Shown here: positions 30,156 to 39,606 of the stretch, piece by piece | How positions within the stretch are numbered: the first letter of the stretch is position 1 | How the letters are laid out: each line of letters opens with the position of its first letter | Source: an uncultured Flavobacteriaceae bacterium | Lineage (GTDB): Bacteria > Bacteroidota > Bacteroidia > Flavobacteriales > Flavobacteriaceae | Assembly: GCA_913043275.1 (NCBI GenBank) | Contig: CAJWLL010000004.1 | Coordinates: forward strand, 41,447-105,446 | DNA: 64,000 nucleotides | Direction of reading: 5' to 3' | Made by a program: the position numbers and the translations under genes | Notes under the pieces: model-generated | Seen by the model: the letters and a program-made list of their open reading frames with translations, nothing else | Told to the model about the DNA's origin: nothing | The model's database searches: none

Positions 30156-31547
30156 ATGAAAACCAAATTTAACTTTTTTAGTCAACTGCCCATACTAACG
30201 TTAACCTTATTTTTATGTTTTTATGCGGAAGCTCAAACAGAATGGAACTCTCTTTTTAACGGCAAGGATTTGTCAGCTTGGGAAGTGAAAAACGGAACTG
30301 CCAAATATCACATTGCCAATAATGCCATCGTAGGAACTTCCAGAACAAATACTCCAAATACTTTTTTATGCACCAAAAAAATGTACGGTGATTTTATTTT
30401 AGAGTTAGAAGTAATGGTTGCACCAGGACTTAACTCTGGAATTCAATTCAGGTCAAACTCTTATAAAGATTATATGAATGGACGTGTACATGGCTATCAA
30501 TGTGAATTAGATCCCAGCAAAAGGGCTTGGTCTGGAGGAATTTATGATGAAGGAAGGAGGGGCTGGTTGTATCCCCTTACTTTCAATAAAAAGAGTGGCG
30601 CTGCTTTTAATAACGGCGGCTGGAATAAGGTCAGAATTGAAGCTATTGGAAATACGATCAAAACTTTTTACAATGGGGTTCAATGCGCCAATCTGGTTGA
30701 TGATATGACCGAACAGGGCTTTATTGCCTTGCAGGTACATTCCATAAGAGACCAATCTCAAGAGGGAAAAACCATCCAATGGAAGAACATCAAAATTGTA
30801 ACTGAAAACCTAGATCAATACAGAACAAATAATCAGCCCCATGCCAGGCAAGTTAGTTATTTAACAAATACGCTTACCCAAGAAGAAGAGCGAAAAGGTT
30901 GGAGATTGCTTTGGGATGGAAAAACCACCAACGGCTGGAAAGGCTCAAAGTCAGAGGAATTTCCAAGTCAGGGAATCGAAATAGTTGATGGAACCATCCA
31001 CTTCCTTAAACACGAAAAAACAAAAGGTTTTGGGACTGGTGATATCGTTACCAAAGAAAAGTTTGACAATTTTGAGTTGGAAGTTGACTTTATGTTTAAA
31101 AAAGGGGGTAATAGTGGTGTAAAATATTTTGTAGACGCCTTAACTGAAGGTGATGGCAGAAATCTTGGATTTGAGCTTCAAGTGCTTGACGAAGATCACG
31201 CAGATCATGCTAAGGGAGTGGAAGGCAACAGAACCTTAGGATCACTCTACGATCTGATCGCAGCGGAAAACCTGTCTGAGCCCAATCCTAGAAACATCAG
31301 AGCAAATGGTCCTAATCGATGGAACAGAGGCAGAGTTGTAGTATCAGGAGGAAAAGTTCAACACTGGATAAACAATATCAAAGTTGTCGAGTACAATCGT
31401 TTTTCCCAATCTATGAAAAATCTAATCAAAAAAAGTAAATACGCAAAACACCACGGCTTTGGAACAGGAAGTAGTGGAAGAATATTACTTCAAAATCACA
31501 GACCCGGAGATGTTAAATTTAAAAACATAAAGATTCGTGAGTTTTAG
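30156..31547 (+). CDS. Tandem DUF1080 (3-keto-disaccharide hydrolase family) protein, secreted
   Basis: Two repeats: WNSLFNGKDLSAWE...GFIALQVHS...IQWKNIKI and WRLLWDGKTTNGWKG...GRILLQNH...VKFKNIKIREF. Confidence 0.8.
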   Translation: MKTKFNFFSQLPILTLTLFLCFYAEAQTEWNSLFNGKDLSAWEVKNGTAKYHIANNAIVGTSRTNTPNTFLCTKKMYGDFILELEVMVAPGLNSGIQFRSNSYKDYMNGRVHGYQCELDPSKRAWSGGIYDEGRRGWLYPLTFNKKSGAAFNNGGWNKVRIEAIGNTIKTFYNGVQCANLVDDMTEQGFIALQVHSIRDQSQEGKTIQWKNIKIVTENLDQYRTNNQPHARQVSYLTNTLTQEEERKGWRLLWDGKTTNGWKGSKSEEFPSQGIEIVDGTIHFLKHEKTKGFGTGDIVTKEKFDNFELEVDFMFKKGGNSGVKYFVDALTEGDGRNLGFELQVLDEDHADHAKGVEGNRTLGSLYDLIAAENLSEPNPRNIRANGPNRWNRGRVVVSGGKVQHWINNIKVVEYNRFSQSMKNLIKKSKYAKHHGFGTGSSGRILLQNHRPGDVKFKNIKIREF

Positions 31548-33105
31548 GTTTTTAATTTCTTTAATTCTTTTATTCAGTTTATCCAATTGTAATAAGAAGC
31601 CGGATGCGAAAATTACTCCTAATGTAATCTTGATTCTTGTTGATGACATGGGGTTTTCGGATTTGGGTGCCTATGGAAGTGAAATAGCTACTCCTAATAT
31701 CGACCGATTGGCATATGAGGGTGTAAGATTCTCTAATGCATACAATACCTCAAAGTGCTTCCCTTCAAGAGCATGTATTCTAACGGGATTATACTCTCAA
31801 CAGATTGGTTATCATCAGACCTTTAGATTAAAAATGGAAAATGCAATAACTCTGGGAGAGCTATTTAAAACAGCTGGCTACACCACCCTATGGTCAGGCA
31901 AACACCACAGCATAGAAAACCCTGTTACTAGAGGATTTGATCATTATAGTGGGCTTTTAGATGGGGCATCTAATCATTTTAATCCTGGGTTAAAAAGAGA
32001 GGGTGAGGGACAACCGGCCCAAAAAGGACTTAAACAAACACCCGTTAATTATCGAAATTGGGTAATTGATGGAGAAGTTGTCACCCCCTATACTCCAACC
32101 AAAGACTTTTACTCCACAGATGTTTTTACTGATTATGCACTTAATTGGTTGGGGCAAATCGAATCCAAAGACCCCTTTTTCCTTTATCTTTCATACACCG
32201 CTCCCCATGATCCCCTGATGGCCTGGCCAAAAGATATTGAAAAATATAAAGACAGTTATGGAGAGGGTTATGAAGTGATTCGAAAACAACGATTCGAAAA
32301 ACAAAAACAATTAGGTGTGCTTCCAAAAACCGCTGTCTTGTCAAAAGCAGAACACGCCAATTGGAACAGCCTTAACACAGAAGAAAAAGTAGAAGAGAGC
32401 AAAACCATGGCAGTATATGCTGCCATGATTGATCGATTGGATCAAAACATAGGGAGAATACTTGATAAATTAGACCAGCAGGGAAAACTAAACAACACCC
32501 TTATAATTTTCACCTCTGATAATGGTGGATCTAGTGAAGTAGTTAATATTCCAGGTGGAACTGGAGAAATTGGAGCGTCTACTAACTGGAAGTCACTTGG
32601 GAAAAATTGGGCCAATGTGAGCAATACGCCCTATAGGGAATACAAAAACTGGAGTCATGAAGGGGGTATTAAAACCCCCTTAATTGCCTACTGGCCGAAT
32701 CAAATTAAAAACAAGGGATTTATTTCCCAAAAACCCGTTCATTTTATAGACTTCCTCCCTACCCTACAAGAATTATTAGGAGCAGACTATCCAGCAAGTT
32801 TTAATGGTGATGTTATTTTTCCTAGCCCGGGAAAAAGTTTTTTGCCGCAAATATTGGGAGACACCTCCAGCAAAAGGGATGATCCAATCTTTTGGCAGTG
32901 GAGAAAGGGAAAGGCCATTAGGCATGATAATTGGAAATTGGTGGCTCACAGAGATGTATGGGAGCTTTATAACTTGGAAGCTGATCCCGTTGAGGAGATT
33001 AATCTTATTGACAAGGAAATAGAAAAAGTAGCAGAGCTAAAATCGCTTTATGAAGATTGGGCAGTTCAGTATGAAATGTCCTCCCTAAAAACTACTAATA
33101 AATAA
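31537..33105 (+). CDS. Arylsulfatase-type sulfatase
   Basis: The GTG start overlaps the upstream stop by 11 nt. Lipobox LFSLSNC. Motifs ILILVDDMGFSDLGAYGS and SKCFPSRACILTG. Confidence 0.9.
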   Translation: MSFRFLISLILLFSLSNCNKKPDAKITPNVILILVDDMGFSDLGAYGSEIATPNIDRLAYEGVRFSNAYNTSKCFPSRACILTGLYSQQIGYHQTFRLKMENAITLGELFKTAGYTTLWSGKHHSIENPVTRGFDHYSGLLDGASNHFNPGLKREGEGQPAQKGLKQTPVNYRNWVIDGEVVTPYTPTKDFYSTDVFTDYALNWLGQIESKDPFFLYLSYTAPHDPLMAWPKDIEKYKDSYGEGYEVIRKQRFEKQKQLGVLPKTAVLSKAEHANWNSLNTEEKVEESKTMAVYAAMIDRLDQNIGRILDKLDQQGKLNNTLIIFTSDNGGSSEVVNIPGGTGEIGASTNWKSLGKNWANVSNTPYREYKNWSHEGGIKTPLIAYWPNQIKNKGFISQKPVHFIDFLPTLQELLGADYPASFNGDVIFPSPGKSFLPQILGDTSSKRDDPIFWQWRKGKAIRHDNWKLVAHRDVWELYNLEADPVEEINLIDKEIEKVAELKSLYEDWAVQYEMSSLKTTNK

Positions 33106-33120
33106 TTTTAATTTTTTGTT

Positions 33121-35022
33121 ATGATACGTACTTCTCCTCTTATGCTTTTGTTCTTTTTTAAATACTTACTCTTTCTGAGTTGTACCAACTCAAAAGAAGT
33201 TAAAAAAATGCATCCTAATATTTTGTGGATTACCGTAGAGGATATAAGTCCCAACCTAGGATGTTATGGAGATTCACTGGCAAATACACCCGTATTAGAT
33301 GCCCTTGCCTCAAAAGGATTTCTCTACAACAATGCTATTGCCAATGCACCCGTTTGTGCACCAGCGCGAAATTCAATCATAACCGGAATGTATCCATCTT
33401 CACTTGGCACCCTTAACATGCGTTCTTTTTCGAAAGCAATGAAAAGTTCGGGGAGAATTCCTTCAGACATTAAACTCTACCCAGAGGTATTGAGAAGCTC
33501 AGGTTATTACTGCACAAACAATAGTAAAGAGGATTATAATTTTAATTTGAAAAGAGAAATCTGGGACGAATCCAGTAATACGGCCCACTGGAAAAATAGA
33601 CCAAATAAAAACACCCCATTCTTTTCGATTTTCAATTTGATATTGACACACGAAAGTTGCATTAATGATAAAAATAAACACGAACGGGTGACAAAAGATT
33701 TACCTGATCACCTGAAGACCAATCCTAAAGATATATTGGTACCGCCATACTATCCAGACACCCATAAAACTAGAACTTTACTAAAAAGACATTATGACAA
33801 TATTGCCATGATGGATATTGTGGTAAAAAATCTGCTCCAGGAACTCAAAGAAGCTGGAGAAAGTGAAAACACGATTGTCTTTTTTTACTCCGATCATGGC
33901 ACAGGGCTGCCCAGACACAAAAGATGGTTGTTTGATACTGGAGTCAAAGTCCCCTTTATAGTTTATATTCCAGAAAAATACAAGCATCTCTATCCTTCAC
34001 AACCTGGAAGTGAAATAGACCAATTGATCAGTTTTATTGACCTGGCACCAACTGTAATAGAATTGGCTGGAGGTGAAACCCCAAAAAATATGCAGGGACA
34101 AACTTTTTTGGGAAAAAACCTAAAACCAGAAAGAGATTATGTATTCTTAGCCCGAGGAAGAATGGATGAGCGTTATGATATACAAAGAGGGGTAAGAAGT
34201 AAGAAATACAAGTACTTGCGCTATTACGAGCCCAAAAAACCTTTTATACAGTTCATGAATACCCCCGAAGGAGGCCCTTTGATGACAGAACTTAGAAAGG
34301 CTGAAAAAGAAGGAACACTAAAGCCAGAGGGAAAACAACTCGTCGCTCTCACCAAACCGACTGAGTCACTCTTTGATTTGAGTAAAGATCCAATGGAATT
34401 CAACGACTTAGCCAATGACCCAAGTATGAAAGAGGAACTGGTCAAGCTCAGAGCTGTACACGATCAATGGATGAAACAAGTGCTTGACGTTGGACTTATC
34501 CCAGAAGCCATAATGAGAAACTGGGAAGAAAAGAACAATCAATCCATTTATAATTGGGTTAGAAACCAAGAAGATTTTTATGATGAATTATTATTGATGT
34601 CCTCAACAAAAATCGAAGAGAAACTCTTTGAGGGACTCAATCATCCTAATGAAGCGGTCCGATATTGGGCAGCTCAGGGACTTTACAATCTAGATGAAAA
34701 GATCAAAAACTCAACTGTTGACCGTTTAAACCAAAAACTAAATGATTCTATTATCAATGTAGGAATAAGTGCAGCTAGTGCATTACTCAAGCATGGATCT
34801 CAGTCCAAAAAAATTATAAATATATTATCCAAGGGATTAGAAGCACAAAACGAGTGGACAAGATTACAAACTGCTCTGGTGTTAGATGATTTTCAACAAG
34901 CACTAAAAATTTTGGAAAACCAATCACAAAATCTTGTAAGTACCGACACCAATAAATATGTAGTGAGGGTAATCAATCATGGGCTAAATCAGCTTAATGG
35001 AACTTCAATAAAAGTGAAGTAA
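33121..35022 (+). CDS. Sulfatase with a C-terminal HEAT-repeat-like extension
   Basis: Motifs ILWITVEDISPNLGCYGD and APVCAPARNSIITG. The last ~170 aa are helical repeats (NEAVRYWAAQGL..., NEWTRLQTALVL...). Confidence 0.85.
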   Translation: MIRTSPLMLLFFFKYLLFLSCTNSKEVKKMHPNILWITVEDISPNLGCYGDSLANTPVLDALASKGFLYNNAIANAPVCAPARNSIITGMYPSSLGTLNMRSFSKAMKSSGRIPSDIKLYPEVLRSSGYYCTNNSKEDYNFNLKREIWDESSNTAHWKNRPNKNTPFFSIFNLILTHESCINDKNKHERVTKDLPDHLKTNPKDILVPPYYPDTHKTRTLLKRHYDNIAMMDIVVKNLLQELKEAGESENTIVFFYSDHGTGLPRHKRWLFDTGVKVPFIVYIPEKYKHLYPSQPGSEIDQLISFIDLAPTVIELAGGETPKNMQGQTFLGKNLKPERDYVFLARGRMDERYDIQRGVRSKKYKYLRYYEPKKPFIQFMNTPEGGPLMTELRKAEKEGTLKPEGKQLVALTKPTESLFDLSKDPMEFNDLANDPSMKEELVKLRAVHDQWMKQVLDVGLIPEAIMRNWEEKNNQSIYNWVRNQEDFYDELLLMSSTKIEEKLFEGLNHPNEAVRYWAAQGLYNLDEKIKNSTVDRLNQKLNDSIINVGISAASALLKHGSQSKKIINILSKGLEAQNEWTRLQTALVLDDFQQALKILENQSQNLVSTDTNKYVVRVINHGLNQLNGTSIKVK

Positions 35023-35090
35023 GCCGCCGATTTATTTGATCATATTTCATTAAAAAAAGGAAAATGATTACGCCTTTTCAAAAAAAATTT

Positions 35091-35121
35091 TATTTTTGGT
35101 GATGTGCGCGAACACGCGTAC
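35091..35121 (+). promoter_or_regulatory. Candidate -7 box TATTTTTG followed by the GC-rich hairpin GTGCGCG-aaca-CGCGTAC
   Basis: Box at 35091-35098. A 7-bp stem with one G-T pair lies at 35104-35121. It sits in otherwise AT-rich spacer, 33 nt before the ATG at 35154. Confidence 0.3.
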
Positions 35122-35153
35122 ATTATCATATTCAATTAAAAATTAATATAATA

Positions 35154-36536
35154 ATGGATTTAAACAGAAGGAAATTTATTAAAGATGCATCTATGGCCTC
35201 TGTCGGAGTGCTTGCTGGAGTTAATGGAGTAAGTGCTGCTAGCACAGCTATGAGCGCTAAGAGTTATGGAAGAATTTTGGGCTCCAACGACCGACTCAAC
35301 GTTGGAATCGTAGGTTTTTCAAGTCGTGCTAAAGGTTCACTAATTCCAGCATTTCAAAATCATGCTAAAAATCAGAATTGCCAAATTATAGGCGTTTCTG
35401 ATATTTGGAACAAAAGAAGAGACGATGGAAAAGCGTTTTTAGAGAATAAAACAGGAAACTCTATCATTACCTGGAGAAATAATGAAGAGATGTATGACAA
35501 AAATCAAATTGATGCAGTTATCATCTCAACCGCCGATTTCCAGCATGCCCTTCATACTGTTCAGGCTGCTAACGCAAAAAAAGACGTATATGTAGAAAAA
35601 CCTTTTGCTGAAACAATGGAAGATGCACGTTTGGGGAAAAAAGCTGCAAATGATGCCGGTATCGTTCTTCAGGTTGGTTCTCAACGTAGAAGTGGAAAAA
35701 ACTATCATGCCGCAGACAACTATATTAAATCTGGTGCTTTTGGAGATGTAGTTATGGTTGAGATGACTTGGAATGTAAACCAACCAGGTAGATGGAGAGT
35801 ATATCCCAACAAGGTAAGCGATATCAAAGAATCCGATGTAGATTGGAAACGTTACTTAATGAATCGTCCTTACCAAAAATGGGATCCAAGAAAATATCTT
35901 GAATATCGTTTATTCTGGCCTTTATCTTCTGGTATCCCTGGACAGTGGATGGCACATCAAATTGACACCGTTCACTGGTTCTCTGATTTAGCACATCCAA
36001 GGAGCGTTGCTGCCAATGGGGGAATCTATCTATGGAAAGACGGTCGAACCAACTTTGATACCATGACCGCTGTATTTGATTACGGCCCCTTGAATGATCC
36101 AACTTCTGGATTCCAAGTGGTTTATTCTTCAAGATTCACTAACTCTGCAGGCGGAACTAAAGAAATTTATTATTCCAATGGAGGTGAACTCAATATGAAG
36201 ACAAATAAAGTTACACCTAATGGAGGACTTTCTAAGCGCCAAGCAAGTATAATGGGTATGGAACCTAATAATTTAAAAGAATTTTCTTTATCAAGTAGTG
36301 AAGCCAAAGTTGTTACTAGAGCAAATACTGGAGTAGACAACATGACTTCTAATCATATGCTCAACTGGCTGGAATGTGTTCGTTCTAGAGAAAAAACTAA
36401 CGCACCTGTCGAGGCTGGATATAACCACTCTATTGCTAATATTATGACTACTGCATCGATGAGAACAGGGCTTAAAGCTACTTTCGACGAAGAAAATCAA
36501 GAAGTTTTGGCCGGTGGTAAAGTATTTAAATACTAA
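35154..36536 (+). CDS. Tat-exported Gfo/Idh/MocA family oxidoreductase
   Basis: Twin-arginine signal MDLNRRKFIKDASMASVGVLAG. Rossmann segment LNVGIVGFSSRAKG. EKP motif YVEKPFA. Confidence 0.85.
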   Translation: MDLNRRKFIKDASMASVGVLAGVNGVSAASTAMSAKSYGRILGSNDRLNVGIVGFSSRAKGSLIPAFQNHAKNQNCQIIGVSDIWNKRRDDGKAFLENKTGNSIITWRNNEEMYDKNQIDAVIISTADFQHALHTVQAANAKKDVYVEKPFAETMEDARLGKKAANDAGIVLQVGSQRRSGKNYHAADNYIKSGAFGDVVMVEMTWNVNQPGRWRVYPNKVSDIKESDVDWKRYLMNRPYQKWDPRKYLEYRLFWPLSSGIPGQWMAHQIDTVHWFSDLAHPRSVAANGGIYLWKDGRTNFDTMTAVFDYGPLNDPTSGFQVVYSSRFTNSAGGTKEIYYSNGGELNMKTNKVTPNGGLSKRQASIMGMEPNNLKEFSLSSSEAKVVTRANTGVDNMTSNHMLNWLECVRSREKTNAPVEAGYNHSIANIMTTASMRTGLKATFDEENQEVLAGGKVFKY

Positions 36537-36546
36537 TTATTTTAAT

Positions 36547-38169
36547 ATGATTAGAGCTTTTTTTTTAATCACTATCCTTAGTATGACTTTGAGTTCATGT
36601 GAGGGACAACCAAAAAAGACCGAAGCTGAATCTGCTTCGGTTGTTTTTGTTAATGATACTGAAAACCAAAAGGTTGATGTACAACTTAATGGGATGCTTT
36701 TTACCAGTTACCATTATCAAGCATCATTACCCAAACCTGTTCTATTTCCTTTAGTGACAGCAAGTGGAAAAACACTTACCAGAGGCTACCCAATTGACCC
36801 TAAGCAAGGAGAGCGTGTTGATCACCCTCACCATATGGGGAATTGGTTCAACTATGGGGATGTAAATGGATTGGACTTTTGGAATAACTCGGATGCTATT
36901 CCTGAGGAGAGATTGGAGGACTTCGGAAAGATAGTTCACAGTGATATAGTTGAAATCAATGAAAATGCAGGTAGTCTTACTACTAAAAGCAGGTGGCAGA
37001 GCACTGCTGGTGAAGCATTGCTTAATGAAAAGACTGTATTCAAATTTTCTCATGAAGGCAATACTAGAATTATTGATCGCTACACCACTTTAACAGCACT
37101 TCAAGATGTTTCTTTCAAGGATAATAAAGAAGGAGTTTTTGGAGTTCGTGTGACTCGTGCTATGGAACTACCATCCAAAAAACCGGCGATTTTTGTCGAT
37201 GCACAAGGCAATCCCACAGAAGTAAAAGTTTTGGACAACACCGGGGTGAATGGAAACTATCTCAGTAGTGAAGGATTAGAGGGCAACGATGTATGGGGCA
37301 CCCGCGCTGAATGGGTAAAACTCTATAGTACTATGGATGAGGAGCCCGTCTCCATTACCATTATGGATAATCCCAATAATGTGGGATATCCTACCTATTG
37401 GCATGCGAGAGATTATGGCCTCTTTTCTGCAAATCCTCTTGGCCAAGAGGTTTTTTCAAAAGGAAAAGAAACTTTGAATTTTGCTCTGCAAAATGCAGAA
37501 TCGGTAACCTTTCATTATAGAATGTTAGTACATAATGGTTCGGTTCTTAAACCAGAGGATATTAATAAGTTTTCTTTGGTTGAATCAAAATTCAAGACCT
37601 TTTTTGATGGAGAAGATCTTTCTAGGTGGATAATAAAAACTAGAAGAGGTGAAGCTGAAGGGACAGTTGTCAATGAAATTGATACTAAAAATAATATTTG
37701 GTGGTCTGTTGAAAATGGGATTTTAAAAGTTAAAAATGGCCCTGAACAAAAAGGATCTACTCTTTGGACTAGGAAAACATTTGAGAATTTTAGAGTCAAA
37801 TTAAAATTTAAATTTATTAATGGAAATATTGATTCCGGTATTTTTTTAAGAGGAAGTGATCATCTTAATCCACAAATTCAAATCGGTGTTTCTGGTTCAC
37901 TGAAAAGAGACATGACTGGTTCACCCTATATACCTAAGAAAGGCTATCCCAAGGAAGCAGAAAGAGTAAAATCGGTACTTAAGATGGATGAATGGAATAA
38001 TATGGAAACTGAGTCCATTGGAAACCGTTACAGAGTTTGGCTTAATGGTGAACAGGTCATGGATTATACTTATGAAGATGCAAATCTAAAAGGACCTGTA
38101 GGAATACAGTTGCATGGTGGAAGGGAAATGGAAATATGGTATAAAGACATAGAAATCGCTGAATTTTAA
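36547..38169 (+). CDS. PmoA-family (DUF6807) domain fused to a C-terminal DUF1080 domain; lipoprotein
   Basis: Lipobox MTLSSC. Motif ERVDHPHHMGNWFNYGDVNGLDFWN. C-terminal FDGEDLSRWI...GPVGIQLHGGREMEIWYKDIEI. The ORF track start is the GTG at 36514. Confidence 0.7.
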   Translation: MIRAFFLITILSMTLSSCEGQPKKTEAESASVVFVNDTENQKVDVQLNGMLFTSYHYQASLPKPVLFPLVTASGKTLTRGYPIDPKQGERVDHPHHMGNWFNYGDVNGLDFWNNSDAIPEERLEDFGKIVHSDIVEINENAGSLTTKSRWQSTAGEALLNEKTVFKFSHEGNTRIIDRYTTLTALQDVSFKDNKEGVFGVRVTRAMELPSKKPAIFVDAQGNPTEVKVLDNTGVNGNYLSSEGLEGNDVWGTRAEWVKLYSTMDEEPVSITIMDNPNNVGYPTYWHARDYGLFSANPLGQEVFSKGKETLNFALQNAESVTFHYRMLVHNGSVLKPEDINKFSLVESKFKTFFDGEDLSRWIIKTRRGEAEGTVVNEIDTKNNIWWSVENGILKVKNGPEQKGSTLWTRKTFENFRVKLKFKFINGNIDSGIFLRGSDHLNPQIQIGVSGSLKRDMTGSPYIPKKGYPKEAERVKSVLKMDEWNNMETESIGNRYRVWLNGEQVMDYTYEDANLKGPVGIQLHGGREMEIWYKDIEIAEF

Positions 38170-38191
38170 TTTTTAATTATTTTGACAGTAA

Positions 38192-38237
38192 AAGCCGCCA
38201 TCAAAATTCAAATTATTTAGTTGGCGGTTTATTTTTT
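38192..38237 (+). terminator. Probable Rho-independent terminator
   Basis: Stem gccgcca ... tggcggt with one G-U pair and a long loop. It is followed by tttattttttt. Confidence 0.45.
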
Positions 38238-38259
38238 TAATAAATAACAAACTTTTTTA

Positions 38260-39582
38260 ATGCTTAAAAAATTATTGATTGGTTCTTTCTCCCTCCTATC
38301 AGTCCATTTCAACTTTGCGCAAGAAACGCAGAAACAACTAGATCACATTATCAAGGAATGGGCTGCGCCAAACGAGTTTCCAGATCACGTTATCTTAAGT
38401 GCAACCGCCGATCCTTCACATTCAATTGGCGTCAACTGGCGAACTCATGCAAGTAACACAGTGGGTTATATAGAAATTGCAGTAGCAGGCCCTGGACCTG
38501 ATTTTAGAGATGACATCGAAACTTACCAAGCTATGAGAACCAATGTCAACTCTACGCTAGCCTCTAGAGGTGGATTTGAATCTTCTTTTTTTGAAGTACA
38601 GCTAGATGAGTTAAAACCCAACACACTTTATGCTTATCGTGTAGGCAATGACTATTTTAAAAGTGAATGGCATCAATTTTCGACCTCCAGTGATAAGTCT
38701 ACTCCTCTATCATTCTTGTATGTAGGTGACGCACAAAATTATATTTTAGAGTTATGGTCGAGAGTAATCAGAAATGCTTACAAAAGAGCACCTGATGCAG
38801 ACTTTTTTATCCATGCGGGGGATTTGATCAATTCTGCCCATGATGAAAGTGAATGGAATGAGTGGTTTGCCGCCGGAGGATTCATCCACAGTGAAATACC
38901 TGCCATTGCGGTACCAGGAAATCACGAGTATCTCGGCCTGAACTCCGACAAACCTAAGTATAATAGAAAACTTTCTGTTCAATGGAACGCACAGTTTGGA
39001 TTTCCAAAAAACGGACCTCCAGAATTACACAAAACCTGTTACTATGTAGATTATCCTAATCTGAGGGTTATCGCTCTGAACAGTAATAGAAAAATAGAAC
39101 TTCAAGCCCAATGGCTTAAAAAGGTTTTGAAAAAAAATGATAAAAAATGGACGGTCGTCACCTTCCATCACCCTATATTTTCTGCTTCGAAAGACAGAAA
39201 CAATATCCAACAAAGGAAACACTGGAAACCTCTCTTTGATAAGTATAATGTAGACTTAGCCCTTCAAGGACACGACCATAGTTATGCAAGGGGAGCAGTC
39301 TTTGAGAAACCTGTTTTTCTGGAAAAAGAATTACAAAATAAAACAGTTGTTGGCCCGGTATATGTCATTTCTGTCAGTGGCGGTAAAATGTATTCTGTTA
39401 GCGAATCAGCTTGGGATAAATTTGGAGCCAAACTAGAAAAAATTGGGGAACGCAAGCAATTGTTTCAGCATATTTCTATTGATGGAGACCATTTGATATA
39501 TCAATCTTTTACTGCAACAGGAGAACAATTTGATCGTTTCGAACTTTTAAAAAAAAATGGAAAGAATCTGTATATAGACTAA
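38260..39582 (+). CDS. Calcineurin-like metallophosphoesterase (purple acid phosphatase-like), secreted
   Basis: Motifs YVGDAQ, HAGDLIN, VPGNHEY, TFHHPIFS and LQGHDHSYARG. An N-terminal beta-sandwich-like region precedes the catalytic domain. Confidence 0.75.
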   Translation: MLKKLLIGSFSLLSVHFNFAQETQKQLDHIIKEWAAPNEFPDHVILSATADPSHSIGVNWRTHASNTVGYIEIAVAGPGPDFRDDIETYQAMRTNVNSTLASRGGFESSFFEVQLDELKPNTLYAYRVGNDYFKSEWHQFSTSSDKSTPLSFLYVGDAQNYILELWSRVIRNAYKRAPDADFFIHAGDLINSAHDESEWNEWFAAGGFIHSEIPAIAVPGNHEYLGLNSDKPKYNRKLSVQWNAQFGFPKNGPPELHKTCYYVDYPNLRVIALNSNRKIELQAQWLKKVLKKNDKKWTVVTFHHPIFSASKDRNNIQQRKHWKPLFDKYNVDLALQGHDHSYARGAVFEKPVFLEKELQNKTVVGPVYVISVSGGKMYSVSESAWDKFGAKLEKIGERKQLFQHISIDGDHLIYQSFTATGEQFDRFELLKKNGKNLYID

Positions 39583-39606
39583 ACACTAATTTAACCTTAT
39601 TTTTAA

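Noticed and set aside
36547-38169. The PmoA-family hit as evidence of methane/ammonia monooxygenase
   Set aside because: This is a single soluble lipoprotein fused to DUF1080, with no pmoB/pmoC and no TM helices. The family name is historical (DUF6807).
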